This document shows, piece by piece, positions 1-9,095 of a DNA stretch of 64,000 nt; within the stretch, counting starts at the first letter, position 1, and the number at the start of each line of letters is the position of its first letter. The translations under genes and the position numbers were made by a program. The DNA comes from Longimicrobiales bacterium (GTDB lineage: Bacteria > Gemmatimonadota > Gemmatimonadetes > Longimicrobiales > Gaopeijiaceae). The stretch lies in assembly GCA_965248195.1 (NCBI GenBank), contig CBDFIQ010000001.1, positions 1,152,001-1,216,000 on the forward strand, given 5' to 3'. Under the pieces are notes generated by a model. It was not told the origin of the DNA, did not search any database, and saw only the letters and a program-made list of their open reading frames with translations.

Positions 1-67
1 TTCCGGCCCACCGACTCCAGCCGGTCGGTTTTTGACCCCGCCGGACCCGTATGTTCAGCCCAGGCTC

Positions 68-1636
68 ATGGAAACGAAGCGTCCCACAAACCCGGCCGCC
101 GAGGAGATTCTCGGGGGATACTTCCCGGTGTTGGACCACGGATTCGTCTCGCTCGTGGACTACATGGGCTCCGACGAGGACGTCGAGCGGGCGGCGCGGG
201 TCAGCTACGGGTACGGCACCCGCAAGGTGAGCCAGACACGGGGGCTCGTGCGTTACCTGAGGCGTCACCACCACACGACGCCCAGCGAGATGGTCGAGCT
301 CAAGTTCCACTGCGCCATGCCGATGTTCGTTGCACGCCAGTGGATACGGCACAGAACGGCCTGCCTAGCCGAGGGGACCCAGGTTTATTTCGACCTTCCC
401 GGAGGCGACCGACAAAGGGGGACTCAGCTCTACAAGCTGCCCATCGAGGAACTGTGGGAGCGATTTCAGCCGACCGTCGATCGTCACCGGCCCGACAAGC
501 AGAGGGATCCGTACTTCCGGCGTGACTGTGTGAAGGGGATGCGACTGCGTCAGATGGATGAGGAGACGGGTCGGATCGACCATACGCGAGTCGTGGATGT
601 CTTTCAGAATGGTCCCCACCACGTCTTCCGCATGGTGTTGGCCGACGGGAAAGCGATCGTGGCCACTGCGGACCACCGCTTCAGATTCGCTGAGGGATGG
701 AGGACGCTTCATCAAGCCACTGGGCTCGAGGAGAGGGGTGGGCGGGCCACTTGGCAGGCGGGGGACTACTTCGTCCACGTGAATGGCCTGGTAGCCGAAG
801 CCCCGGCCCTCTATCAGGACAAGGTCACGACGGCGCGCCTCGTGCGCGTCGAGCGCTTCGAGTACGTGGGGATACGCGAGACCTACGACCTGGAGGTCGA
901 GGGCCCATTCCACAACTTCATCGCCAACGGCATCGTGACTCACAACTCAGTGAACGAATACAGCGGCCGCTATTCCTTGATGCCCCTCCTTTTCTATAAG
1001 CCGGACCCGGACCACTTCGCCCTTCAGAGCCCTACGAACCATCAGGGCCGGCGGCCCGAGCCGGCCTCGGCTGAGCTTTATGCCAAGGCGATAGAGCGGT
1101 GGGACCGCGTGCGTGAGGAGGCGTCCAGTGGGTACCGATGGATGGTGGAGGAGGAGGTGGCGCGGGAGCTGGCCCGCATCGACCTTCCCCTGTCCACCTA
1201 CACGCAGTGGTATTGGAAGATCGATCTCCACAACCTCTTCCACTTTCTGACGCTGCGGGCGGACCCGCACGCGCAGTGGGAGATTCAGGAGTTTGCGGGG
1301 GTGATGGCCGGAATGCTCAAGAGGGTCGCCCCCCTGAGTTACGAGGCGTGGATCGACTACAATGTCCTGATGCACCCCATGAGTCGAGGGGAAATGGACG
1401 TTCTGCGGCGGTTGTTGGAAGCCGATGCGGAGGGCGTCCGCCCCAGGGTGGGAGGCGACTCGCTCGCTTTGAAGGATTTTCAAGAGTTCGGCCTTTCCCC
1501 ACGGGAAGCCCGTGAATTCGTCGAGAAACTTCGGCCTGCGGACGTCCCCGATTACGAGCTCGACGTGTCACTCATGCGGCGAGCCGAAGACATGGCAGCC
1601 GAACTGGAGGAGGCGGTTCCTGGCTCCTTCGAATAG
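68..1636 (+). CDS. thyX: FAD-dependent thymidylate synthase ThyX, containing an intein
   Basis: LDHGFVSLVDYMG, AARVSYG, HTTPSEM; ThyX RHRx7S motif restored as RHRTA|SVNEYSGRY after intein removal; ELARIDLP, LHNLFHFLTLR, HAQWEI. ATG 68 chosen (ORF open from 32). Confidence 0.95.
   Translation: METKRPTNPAAEEILGGYFPVLDHGFVSLVDYMGSDEDVERAARVSYGYGTRKVSQTRGLVRYLRRHHHTTPSEMVELKFHCAMPMFVARQWIRHRTACLAEGTQVYFDLPGGDRQRGTQLYKLPIEELWERFQPTVDRHRPDKQRDPYFRRDCVKGMRLRQMDEETGRIDHTRVVDVFQNGPHHVFRMVLADGKAIVATADHRFRFAEGWRTLHQATGLEERGGRATWQAGDYFVHVNGLVAEAPALYQDKVTTARLVRVERFEYVGIRETYDLEVEGPFHNFIANGIVTHNSVNEYSGRYSLMPLLFYKPDPDHFALQSPTNHQGRRPEPASAELYAKAIERWDRVREEASSGYRWMVEEEVARELARIDLPLSTYTQWYWKIDLHNLFHFLTLRADPHAQWEIQEFAGVMAGMLKRVAPLSYEAWIDYNVLMHPMSRGEMDVLRRLLEADAEGVRPRVGGDSLALKDFQEFGLSPREAREFVEKLRPADVPDYELDVSLMRRAEDMAAELEEAVPGSFE
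362..946 (+). mobile_element. Mini-intein (195 aa) in ThyX
   Basis: Starts CLAEGT (Cys1), block B TADH, block F/G TYDLEV...HNFIANGIVTHN followed by Ser+1; no LAGLIDADG or HNH motif seen. Confidence 0.93.
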
Positions 1637-1655
1637 TCGTTTTGGTGAACGCCGA

Positions 1656-2519
1656 GTGGCTTTGGTCTGCCCGTGGCTGTACCTGGGCCTTGCCACGCTG
1701 GTCCTGGTGGCCCCGGCTCCCGCCGGCGCGCAGCGTGAGGCACGATGGTTCCCGGGCATCCAGCCGTTCCACACCCTCATCGCGGCGCCTCGAGAGGTGC
1801 AAGTCCGGGCCTCGTTCGTTCACGCGAAACGCCCTGGAGGGGGTTTCGTGGGACGCAACATCGAAGCGGAAGTGGCCGTCGGTCACCGCCTCAGCCTGGT
1901 GCGGCTCGATGATGGTTCGTCGCCGGTCCGGGCGATCACTCTCGGGCTCGAAATGGGTATTTTCTCCCGCTTTTTTATGGAGGCGCCTACAAAGGACCTC
2001 GTGAACAGCGACTTTCGCATAGGCCTCCCCCTGTCCATCCGGAGTGGCGCCTGGGAGTCCAGGCTCGCGATCCGGCATGTCAGTTCACATCTCGGGGACG
2101 ATTACCTCGTGCGATTCCTTGAGGAAACGGTCGAAGACGGCTTCAGCCAGACTTCGAAGGACGGCTTCGAGGGGATTCTGGCTCGCAGGGTTGGAGCGAG
2201 CGTGCGCCTATACGTAGGTGGTGATCTCAACTTCCACACCAATCAGCGGATGTCCCGGGCCGGTGTGCGCTTCGGGGGCGAGTGGGAAGCGATCGAGCCC
2301 GGAGACGGCGACGGCAGCTGGCCGTTTTTCGCCAGCGACTTCGAATACGGGAGCTTGTCCGAGGAGCTGGCCACCACCCTGGTTGCAGGGATGGGTTTCC
2401 GGGTGAACGGGCAACGCTTCCGGCTCGAAGCACGGGCCCGCTTCGGCACCACGCCCATGGGCCACTTTCGCGAAAGTGACGAGACGTTTTATGGTCTCGG
2501 CTTCGCCCTCGATCTTTAG
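1656..2519 (+). CDS. DUF1207-like outer-membrane beta-barrel protein
   Basis: Signal peptide ending APAGAQ, LVNSDFRIG, RHVSSHLGDD motif, terminal beta-strand FYGLGFALDL; start uncertain. Confidence 0.7.
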   Translation: MALVCPWLYLGLATLVLVAPAPAGAQREARWFPGIQPFHTLIAAPREVQVRASFVHAKRPGGGFVGRNIEAEVAVGHRLSLVRLDDGSSPVRAITLGLEMGIFSRFFMEAPTKDLVNSDFRIGLPLSIRSGAWESRLAIRHVSSHLGDDYLVRFLEETVEDGFSQTSKDGFEGILARRVGASVRLYVGGDLNFHTNQRMSRAGVRFGGEWEAIEPGDGDGSWPFFASDFEYGSLSEELATTLVAGMGFRVNGQRFRLEARARFGTTPMGHFRESDETFYGLGFALDL

Positions 2520-2571
2520 AATGCCGTTGCTGGAGTCTGGGCAAGGACGGGCAATGGAGGGTTCTATTCGA

Positions 2572-3087
2572 ATGGAAGACCGACAGGCTGCGGCCCGCCG
2601 GACGTTGACAGCGCTCATGATCACGGTGTCCGCACTCTTCGTGGGTTCGCTCGTGTTCATGGTGGTGCAGGGTGACCAAAATGCCCCCGCGGGAAGGCGA
2701 GTTTTGGCCGTACTTCCTGTCCAGGGGCCGAACCCGGAGGCTGGAACGGGCCGGTATGCGGGCTTCGGCGAGGGACTGGCGGCGTATTTCGGCCGGGCCG
2801 ACCCGATGGACCTGGGTGTGTTCGGACCGGCCAGCACGTCCCGGTTCGTCGAGGCCGGGGAGGACCCTCTGGGGGTGGGCAGAACGCTCGGCGCCGATAT
2901 GGTTCTGGTCGGGCGTGAGGTTTCCGGGGATGGCCTCTCCGCCACGCTCGTGGCGGAGTTGTTCCGCGTCGATGATGGCACCACGATCTGGCGAGGCCAG
3001 TTCGAGGTCGGCCCTGATTTGGACAGGAGCGCGTTGTTGCTCCGAGTGGCAATAGAGGTGACCGAAGCTCTGGACCTTCCCCGCTGA
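2572..3087 (+). CDS. Membrane-anchored hypothetical protein with TolB-N/FlgO-like domain
   Basis: One N-terminal TM helix, then RVLAVLP...LGADMVLVG...AELFRVDDGTTIW pattern; start uncertain. Confidence 0.55.
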   Translation: MEDRQAAARRTLTALMITVSALFVGSLVFMVVQGDQNAPAGRRVLAVLPVQGPNPEAGTGRYAGFGEGLAAYFGRADPMDLGVFGPASTSRFVEAGEDPLGVGRTLGADMVLVGREVSGDGLSATLVAELFRVDDGTTIWRGQFEVGPDLDRSALLLRVAIEVTEALDLPR

Positions 3088-3105
3088 GGGTGTTGGGGGA
3101 CGGTT

Positions 3106-4011
3106 TCAGGCCAGCGCGGCCTCCACCGTGCCACAGTGGATCGCAACTGTGTCGGATGGGCGAACGGCGTAGCCCCCCGCGAGCGTCACGGCTACCGCGA
3201 TCTCCGCTTCGGCCGCCGTGTCCAGGACGAATTCGTCTCGCTCTCTCAGCCCCTCGATGCTCAGTCCTAGCCCGCCGAGTTGATCCGCCTCGTATGGATC
3301 GGCCCCGGCGAGGTAGAAGATGAGCTGAGGTTCGTGCTCCTCGAGCACTCTCGGCAAGTGCTCGTGGAGTAGTTGCATGTACTCTTCGTCTCCGACGCCG
3401 TCGTCGAGCCCGACGTCCAGGTCCCCCGGGGGTTTGATCGCCGGATAGTTCCACTGGTGATGCATGGAGAGGGTAAAGACACGAGCCTCCTCGGAGAAGA
3501 TCGACGCCGTGCCGTTGCCGTGATGAACATCTAGATCGACGATGAGAATTCGGTCTACTTCCTTTGCCTCGAGCAAGGTGGCTGCGGCGATCGCGACGTC
3601 ATTGAGTAGGCAAAAGCCCTCGCCATGGTCGGCGAAGGCGTGATGAAATCCGCCGCCCAGATGGACCGATCGCCCTCGCGAGATCGCGAGGTGGCCGGCC
3701 AGGGTCGTGCCCCCCGCGCAAAGGAGAGAAGCTTCCCTCAACTCGGGCGAGAAGGGGAGCTCGAGAAGGCGTTCTTCATCCTGCGTAAGAGCGCCCTCGG
3801 CGATCTTGGTCCAATAAGACCGGGTGTGGACGCGGAGAACGTCCTCAACCGTGGCCGGTCGGGGCGTCCGCAGATCAGCATTGAACAAAGCGCTGGCCGC
3901 GTCGAGCCGTTCTTTGATCAATCGGTACTTCTCGACGGGGAACACGTGGCTCCCGATGTCTACCTCGTATCGAGGACACCAGACCACGGGGACCCCACCC
4001 GGTTCAAGCAT
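3106..4011 (-). CDS. Histone deacetylase family protein
   Basis: GGGFHHA, GFC, DLDVHHGNGT, GADP, GGY motifs. Confidence 0.92.
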   Translation of the reverse strand: MLEPGGVPVVWCPRYEVDIGSHVFPVEKYRLIKERLDAASALFNADLRTPRPATVEDVLRVHTRSYWTKIAEGALTQDEERLLELPFSPELREASLLCAGGTTLAGHLAISRGRSVHLGGGFHHAFADHGEGFCLLNDVAIAAATLLEAKEVDRILIVDLDVHHGNGTASIFSEEARVFTLSMHHQWNYPAIKPPGDLDVGLDDGVGDEEYMQLLHEHLPRVLEEHEPQLIFYLAGADPYEADQLGGLGLSIEGLRERDEFVLDTAAEAEIAVAVTLAGGYAVRPSDTVAIHCGTVEAALA

Positions 4012-4120
4012 GGCGCACCTCCCCTCGACCCACCGCCAGACGATGCTTCTAGCTACCCGACTCCGGTGATGTCGTTACGTACGTCGTGAGGTCGGGGGGA
4101 GGTCACGGCGTGGCGGGAGA

Positions 4121-4780
4121 TTAACTCCCGCCCGCAATGATCAACGGCGTGTAGTCGATGTGCTCGATGACGAGCACCACGCGGCGGTTTTCCCAGCCGG
4201 CCTCTGGCCCGGCCTGCCCGGGTGCCACGAGACGGGTGGAGTCCTCACCGTAGCTTACGGCCCTGACGTGCTCCGGCGAGAAATTTTCAGTTTCGATCAG
4301 ATAGCGCTGGACCGCTTCAGCGCGACGCTTGCCGAGCGCCAGGTTGTACGTCGCCGATCCGGACGGGTCGGTGAATCCTTCGACCGTCAATAGAGCATCC
4401 GGGTAATACTCGCCCACGACACCCGCGAAGCGGTCGAGTACCGGCAGATCTTCCGGTCGCAGGTTCGCCCGGTCGAAGGCGAAATAAACCGGCATGTCGA
4501 AGCGCACCGCCGTTTCGAGTCGTTCAACCGTGACGTTGAACTCACGCTCCAGCTGGGAAAGGCCTCTGGCGAGCCCGTCGAGCCGGGCTTCCAACTGGGC
4601 CAACCGCGCCTCCGTACGACGGTTCGAGCCGCTCGTGGTCATCTCCATCTCGGCCCGGAGGGCGGCGACCTCCGAGTCAAACTGATCCTGCCCTACATGC
4701 GCGCACCCGAATGTGATGCCGGCGAACGTCAGAGCGGCCCCCCTGATCAGGCGTGGCCGTAAACCGATACCGCTGCTCAT
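4121..4780 (-). CDS. OmpA/Pal-family peptidoglycan-binding lipoprotein
   Basis: Lipobox-like TFGC, coiled coil, VYFAFD, VEGFTD, YNLALGKRRA, SYGE, NRRV. Confidence 0.9.
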   Translation of the reverse strand: MSSGIGLRPRLIRGAALTFAGITFGCAHVGQDQFDSEVAALRAEMEMTTSGSNRRTEARLAQLEARLDGLARGLSQLEREFNVTVERLETAVRFDMPVYFAFDRANLRPEDLPVLDRFAGVVGEYYPDALLTVEGFTDPSGSATYNLALGKRRAEAVQRYLIETENFSPEHVRAVSYGEDSTRLVAPGQAGPEAGWENRRVVLVIEHIDYTPLIIAGGS

Positions 4781-4911
4781 GTTCGATCCTCCCGTGATTA
4801 GGTCCCAAGCGATACGTCAACGATGCCTTTTCGTAGATGCAGGAAAGATGCCAAGATTCGACGTCGCTTTTTCGGTGGATCGTGTTGACCCGATGGCCCA
4901 CATTGGCTCGC

Positions 4912-5967
4912 ATGAAAACACGAACACGCACGATGCCGCAGCGGGGTGAGATGGTCGCAGCGTTTCTTTCGGGCGACCGGTCCTACGACGGGGTGTTCTT
5001 CACCGGTGTGCGGACCACGGGCGTTTTCTGCCGCCCTACGTGCCCGGCGAAGAAGCCGCACGAGCAGAACGTCGAGTTTTTCGCATCGACTCAGGCCGCC
5101 CTCCTGGCTGGCTTCAGGCCCTGCAAGAGGTGCCGGCCTATGGAGCCGACCGGTTCGCCACCAGCTTGGCTGGGCGCGCTCATGCGGGACTTCGACGCCG
5201 AGCCACAGAGGCGCTGGACGGATCAGGATCTTCGAGCCCGAGGGCTCAGCCCGGAGCGGGTTCGCCGTTGGTTTCAGTCCCATCATGGGATGACCTTTCA
5301 CGCCTACGGGCGTGCGCGCCGGTTGGGTCTGGCCTTGGGCCAGATCAAACATGGATCCGGCGTGAGTCGAGCAGCATACCGCACGGGTTACGACTCCTTG
5401 AGCGGCTTCAACGACGCGTTCAGGCGCCACCTGGGGCACGCTCCCACAGCGCTGACCAACGCCAAGGTCGTGACGGTCACGCGGATCCCGACACCCCTTG
5501 GGCCCATGGTTGCAGGGTCCGTCGATGACGCCCTCTGCCTTCTCGAGTTCGCCGACCGGCGCATGATCGAGACGCAGATCGTTCGGCTTCAGAAGCGTCT
5601 GGATTGTGTATTCGTCCCTGGATCGAGCGCGCTCTTCGGCGAGCTCACCGACGAGCTCAAAGCGTATTTCCGAGGTGGCCTGACGGAGTTCAGGGTACCA
5701 CTCCTCACGCCCGGCACCGAGTTCCAGCGTCTCGTATGGAGTCGGCTCCGTGCAATCCCCTCAGGGACGACGCGCACTTACGGGGAGATCGCAGCCGAGA
5801 TTGGGCGTCCGACCGCGGTTCGGGCCGTCGCACGAGCCAACGGGGACAATCGCATCGCCATCCTGATTCCTTGCCACCGGGTGGTCGGATCCGATGGGAA
5901 GCTGACCGGATACGGCGGCGGGCTCTGGCGAAAACAGCGGTTACTGGAGGTCGAACAAGAGGGATAG
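4912..5967 (+). CDS. ada: Bifunctional Ada transcriptional activator / O6-methylguanine-DNA methyltransferase
   Basis: Zn-binding [10 protein letters not shown] and RPCKRC, AraC-type HTH, C-terminal PCHRV active site. Confidence 0.93.
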   Translation: MKTRTRTMPQRGEMVAAFLSGDRSYDGVFFTGVRTTGVFCRPTCPAKKPHEQNVEFFASTQAALLAGFRPCKRCRPMEPTGSPPAWLGALMRDFDAEPQRRWTDQDLRARGLSPERVRRWFQSHHGMTFHAYGRARRLGLALGQIKHGSGVSRAAYRTGYDSLSGFNDAFRRHLGHAPTALTNAKVVTVTRIPTPLGPMVAGSVDDALCLLEFADRRMIETQIVRLQKRLDCVFVPGSSALFGELTDELKAYFRGGLTEFRVPLLTPGTEFQRLVWSRLRAIPSGTTRTYGEIAAEIGRPTAVRAVARANGDNRIAILIPCHRVVGSDGKLTGYGGGLWRKQRLLEVEQEG

Positions 5968-6294
5968 TTGGTCGGTTTTGGCTGCCATGATGAAGTCGTT
6001 TTGGTGGAGACCGCGGATCTTATGGGTCCACCACGTCACGGTGACACCTCCCCACTCGGTCAGGAGCGCCGGATGATGGCCCTCTTCCTCCGCCAGGGCG
6101 CCTAGGGCGTTGGTGAAGGCGAGCGCATCGACGAAGTCTCCGAAGGCGAAGGCCCGCTCTAGGCGTCGTACGCCATCTCGCTCCAGGAGTGCCCAATCGG
6201 GGACTTGCGCATGCAGCGTTCGACTCTCCTCTACCGTGACTCGGGGGGCTCCCCGCCGGCAGGCCTCACACTTCATGTGTTTCAATTCGCCCAT
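5941..6294 (-). CDS. phhB: Pterin-4-alpha-carbinolamine dehydratase
   Basis: [31 protein letters not shown]. Confidence 0.92.
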   Translation of the reverse strand: MGELKHMKCEACRRGAPRVTVEESRTLHAQVPDWALLERDGVRRLERAFAFGDFVDALAFTNALGALAEEEGHHPALLTEWGGVTVTWWTHKIRGLHQNDFIMAAKTDQLSLLFDLQ

Positions 6295-6410
6295 ATCAGA
6301 CCCACCCCAGACCTGGTCGAGGCTCCGTGCGATCCTGAGAGGAGATACACCCAGATGGCTTTTTCGGCCCGGTCCGTTGCACGGTGACCCGCCAGCGTCG
6401 ATCTTGCCGC

Positions 6411-8234
6411 ATGCAAATCGGCTATATCGATGGACCTCGGCTCCGCCGGGCTCTCACCGCGGGCTGCCACTGGGCGCAGCTGCAGCGTGCTGAGCTGAAT
6501 CGCATCAACGTGTTCCCTGTGCCAGACGGGGATACCGGGACCAACCTGTACCTCACGGTGCAGGCGATCACGGATCATCTCGCGCACAGTACCGAGAGGT
6601 CTGTGGCGGTCGTGGCGCAAGAGGCGGCAAAGGCTGCTGTGCTGGGCGCGCGCGGGAACTGTGGTATGATGCTTTCCCACTTTCTCCTGGGTTTTGCCCG
6701 TAGCATTGAGGGTAAGACTCGGATCGGTGCCTCGGATTTTGGTGGTGCGTTGGAGGCCGGGGTCCAAAACCTTTCCGAGGCGCTCGAGGCCCCGGTGGAG
6801 GGTACCATTCTCACGGTCATGCGCGACACCGCCAGGGCGGTTTCTGGCGCTCATATGGAGGACATCGCCCCACTAGCGGAGCATATGCTCGACCGGGCCC
6901 GCGACTCTTTGGAGCGGACTCCGGAGCTCCTGCCCGTGCTCTCGGCGGCGGGCGTCGTCGATGCGGGTGCGATGGGATTCGTGAGTCTCCTGGAAGGCGT
7001 CGTCATGTTTCTTCGTGGCGATCCCTTATCCACGGATTCCGAGGAGGATTTCACGGTTGCCGCCCCGGTGGTGGCCTCGATCGAATATCCGGAGCGGGTG
7101 GAGCGATATCGGTTCTGTACCGAGGCGCTAGTCCGTGGGAACGACCTGCCTGATCAGGCAGAGGTTCGCGGCAGCCTACGCGCCCGGGGTGACTCGATGA
7201 TCGTGATCCGCTCGGATGACGTGCTCAAGGTGCATATCCACACGGATGAGCCCGAAGAGGTTTTCTCCTTCCTGAAGGGTTTGGGCGACCTGGTCACCCA
7301 CAAGGCGGAGGACATGGGCGCTCAATACGACGCGGTGGAGCGGGCCTCGGGTTCGCACCTCGCGCTTGCGCGTCGTCCGGTCGGTGTTCTTACCGACAGT
7401 GCCGCCGACCTTTCCGAGGAAATCGTCCGCGCCCACGGCATCCAGGTGGTCCCAATGATGTTGGTCGATGGCGATGAAGTCTACCGGGACGGAGTGGACG
7501 TGACGCCGGAGCGGTTCCACAAGATGTTAGGGTCGCAGGTGCGGTTACCGACAACCTCGCAACCGCCTCCCGCCTCGTTTCTGGAGGGGTTTAGACGAGC
7601 GGCGGCGGATGCCGAGCAGGTCGTGGGCGTGGTCTTGAGTTCTCGCCTCTCCGGCACCTACGCGTCGGCGGAGGCGGCGGCTACCCAGGAGCCCGATCTG
7701 CCCATCCATCTCGCCGATTCACGGGGGGTCTCTCTTCTTCAGGGGCTCTTGGTGCTAAAGGCCACAGAGTTGGCCGAGATGGCCATGCCCGTCGATGAGA
7801 TTGTGAAGGAGTTGAGCCGCATAAGAGATCAATCGGGCATCATGTTCACGATCGAGACCTTTGACCGCCTGTTGGCGTCCGGCAGGGTCAGCCGGAGCAA
7901 AGCGTTTTTCGGGACCCTGTTGAACGTCAAGCCGATCTTGGCCATCGATCGAGAAGGTAAGGTGGTCCCCCGCGGCACGGCGATTGGTCGAAAGCGGGTC
8001 ATCCTAGCGCTCCTGGATGCCGTGGCCGAGGACATGGGGCCTGAGCCCGAGACCGTGCGCTTCGGGATCGTGCACGTCGGGATTCCCGAGATCGTACCCG
8101 AGGTGAGGGAGCTCCTGGTGGCCCGCTATGGGGAGGTGGAAATCCTCAGCGCGCCGGTAACGCCGGTGATCGCGACGCACATCGGTATCGGGGCGTGGGG
8201 TCTCGCGTTCATGGTGGAGGACCCGCCGCGATAA
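6411..8234 (+). CDS. DAK2 (FakA-like)-DegV (FakB-like) fusion, fatty-acid kinase related
   Basis: [43 protein letters not shown]; then DegV motifs [28 protein letters not shown]. Confidence 0.9.
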   Translation: MQIGYIDGPRLRRALTAGCHWAQLQRAELNRINVFPVPDGDTGTNLYLTVQAITDHLAHSTERSVAVVAQEAAKAAVLGARGNCGMMLSHFLLGFARSIEGKTRIGASDFGGALEAGVQNLSEALEAPVEGTILTVMRDTARAVSGAHMEDIAPLAEHMLDRARDSLERTPELLPVLSAAGVVDAGAMGFVSLLEGVVMFLRGDPLSTDSEEDFTVAAPVVASIEYPERVERYRFCTEALVRGNDLPDQAEVRGSLRARGDSMIVIRSDDVLKVHIHTDEPEEVFSFLKGLGDLVTHKAEDMGAQYDAVERASGSHLALARRPVGVLTDSAADLSEEIVRAHGIQVVPMMLVDGDEVYRDGVDVTPERFHKMLGSQVRLPTTSQPPPASFLEGFRRAAADAEQVVGVVLSSRLSGTYASAEAAATQEPDLPIHLADSRGVSLLQGLLVLKATELAEMAMPVDEIVKELSRIRDQSGIMFTIETFDRLLASGRVSRSKAFFGTLLNVKPILAIDREGKVVPRGTAIGRKRVILALLDAVAEDMGPEPETVRFGIVHVGIPEIVPEVRELLVARYGEVEILSAPVTPVIATHIGIGAWGLAFMVEDPPR

Positions 8235-8252
8235 GGCTCTCGCGGTAAGCCT

Positions 8253-8537
8253 CTAGGGCAGCGCCTCTCCGATAGCCACGATCGAGTGTTCCGGCACGAG
8301 ATGGAGGTCGTCTTCGACTAGCCGCGCCGCCTCATGGAGGATGATGACGAGTGTTCCCGGCACGAGCCCGTCGTCCTGTCCGGGGATGTCGTAGTCGTCG
8401 CTAGGCGTGTGAAGGACGACCTGTCCTCGCCGCAGAGAGCGGTCCGCGCACGTTCCGACCAGACGTACGGTCGCCCATCCCGGGCGCGGGGCCCAGATGA
8501 GGTTCGTCGTAGTTCGCAGTCTCTGTTCAGACATCAT
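8253..8537 (-). CDS. Small hypothetical protein, possibly a divergent GroES/Cpn10-like fold
   Basis: GGAG before ATG 8537, overlaps the stop of the upstream gene; 94 aa with a residue pattern reminiscent of Cpn10. Confidence 0.55.
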   Translation of the reverse strand: MMSEQRLRTTTNLIWAPRPGWATVRLVGTCADRSLRRGQVVLHTPSDDYDIPGQDDGLVPGTLVIILHEAARLVEDDLHLVPEHSIVAIGEALP

Positions 8538-9006
8538 AATTCTCCGGGCTTCCGGCCCCTTCGTTACGCATTTTCTGGCGTCCACCGACAAGAAGATCAT
8601 AAGTAGCCAACTGCGCCGCAGATAGTTCCGCCGGGAGCCCAACAACGAGCGCCCGGCCCCCGGATCTCTGGGGAAGGTGGAGGACCATGCGATCGGGAGG
8701 CGTAGGGGGCGCGTATGGTCGGCTCCGCCCGGTCGCATCGATCTCGATGGGCGTTCCGGTGACCGTCAACTCGGCCACGCGGCATCCAAACTGCTGCCAG
8801 GCCATCAGGGGGTCGTCGCCCGCCTCCGCGATGGAGGGGACGAGATCGTTCTCGTAGTACGCCACCGCCTCCCGGTAGGCCTCAGGGTTGTCCGCCTTCA
8901 TCTCGCGAAGGCGCCTTCGATAAAACTCCCTCGGGTCCTTCGCACCGGTTTTGCCCAGGGCTTCCTCGAAGATCTGGTCAGCCCGGTCGTGTAATTCTTG
9001 CTCCAT
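8527..9006 (-). CDS. Hypothetical protein
   Basis: 159 aa with natural composition, coupled to the downstream ORF. Confidence 0.75.
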   Translation of the reverse strand: MEQELHDRADQIFEEALGKTGAKDPREFYRRRLREMKADNPEAYREAVAYYENDLVPSIAEAGDDPLMAWQQFGCRVAELTVTGTPIEIDATGRSRPYAPPTPPDRMVLHLPQRSGGRALVVGLPAELSAAQLATYDLLVGGRQKMRNEGAGSPENYDV

Positions 9007-9095
9007 CGCTCCGTCTGGTCGGTGCCCGCTGAGTTTACCGGTGCGCTCTGCCCAGAATCGCGGTACGCAGAACGGGGGTCAACCGGGACGGGCCC

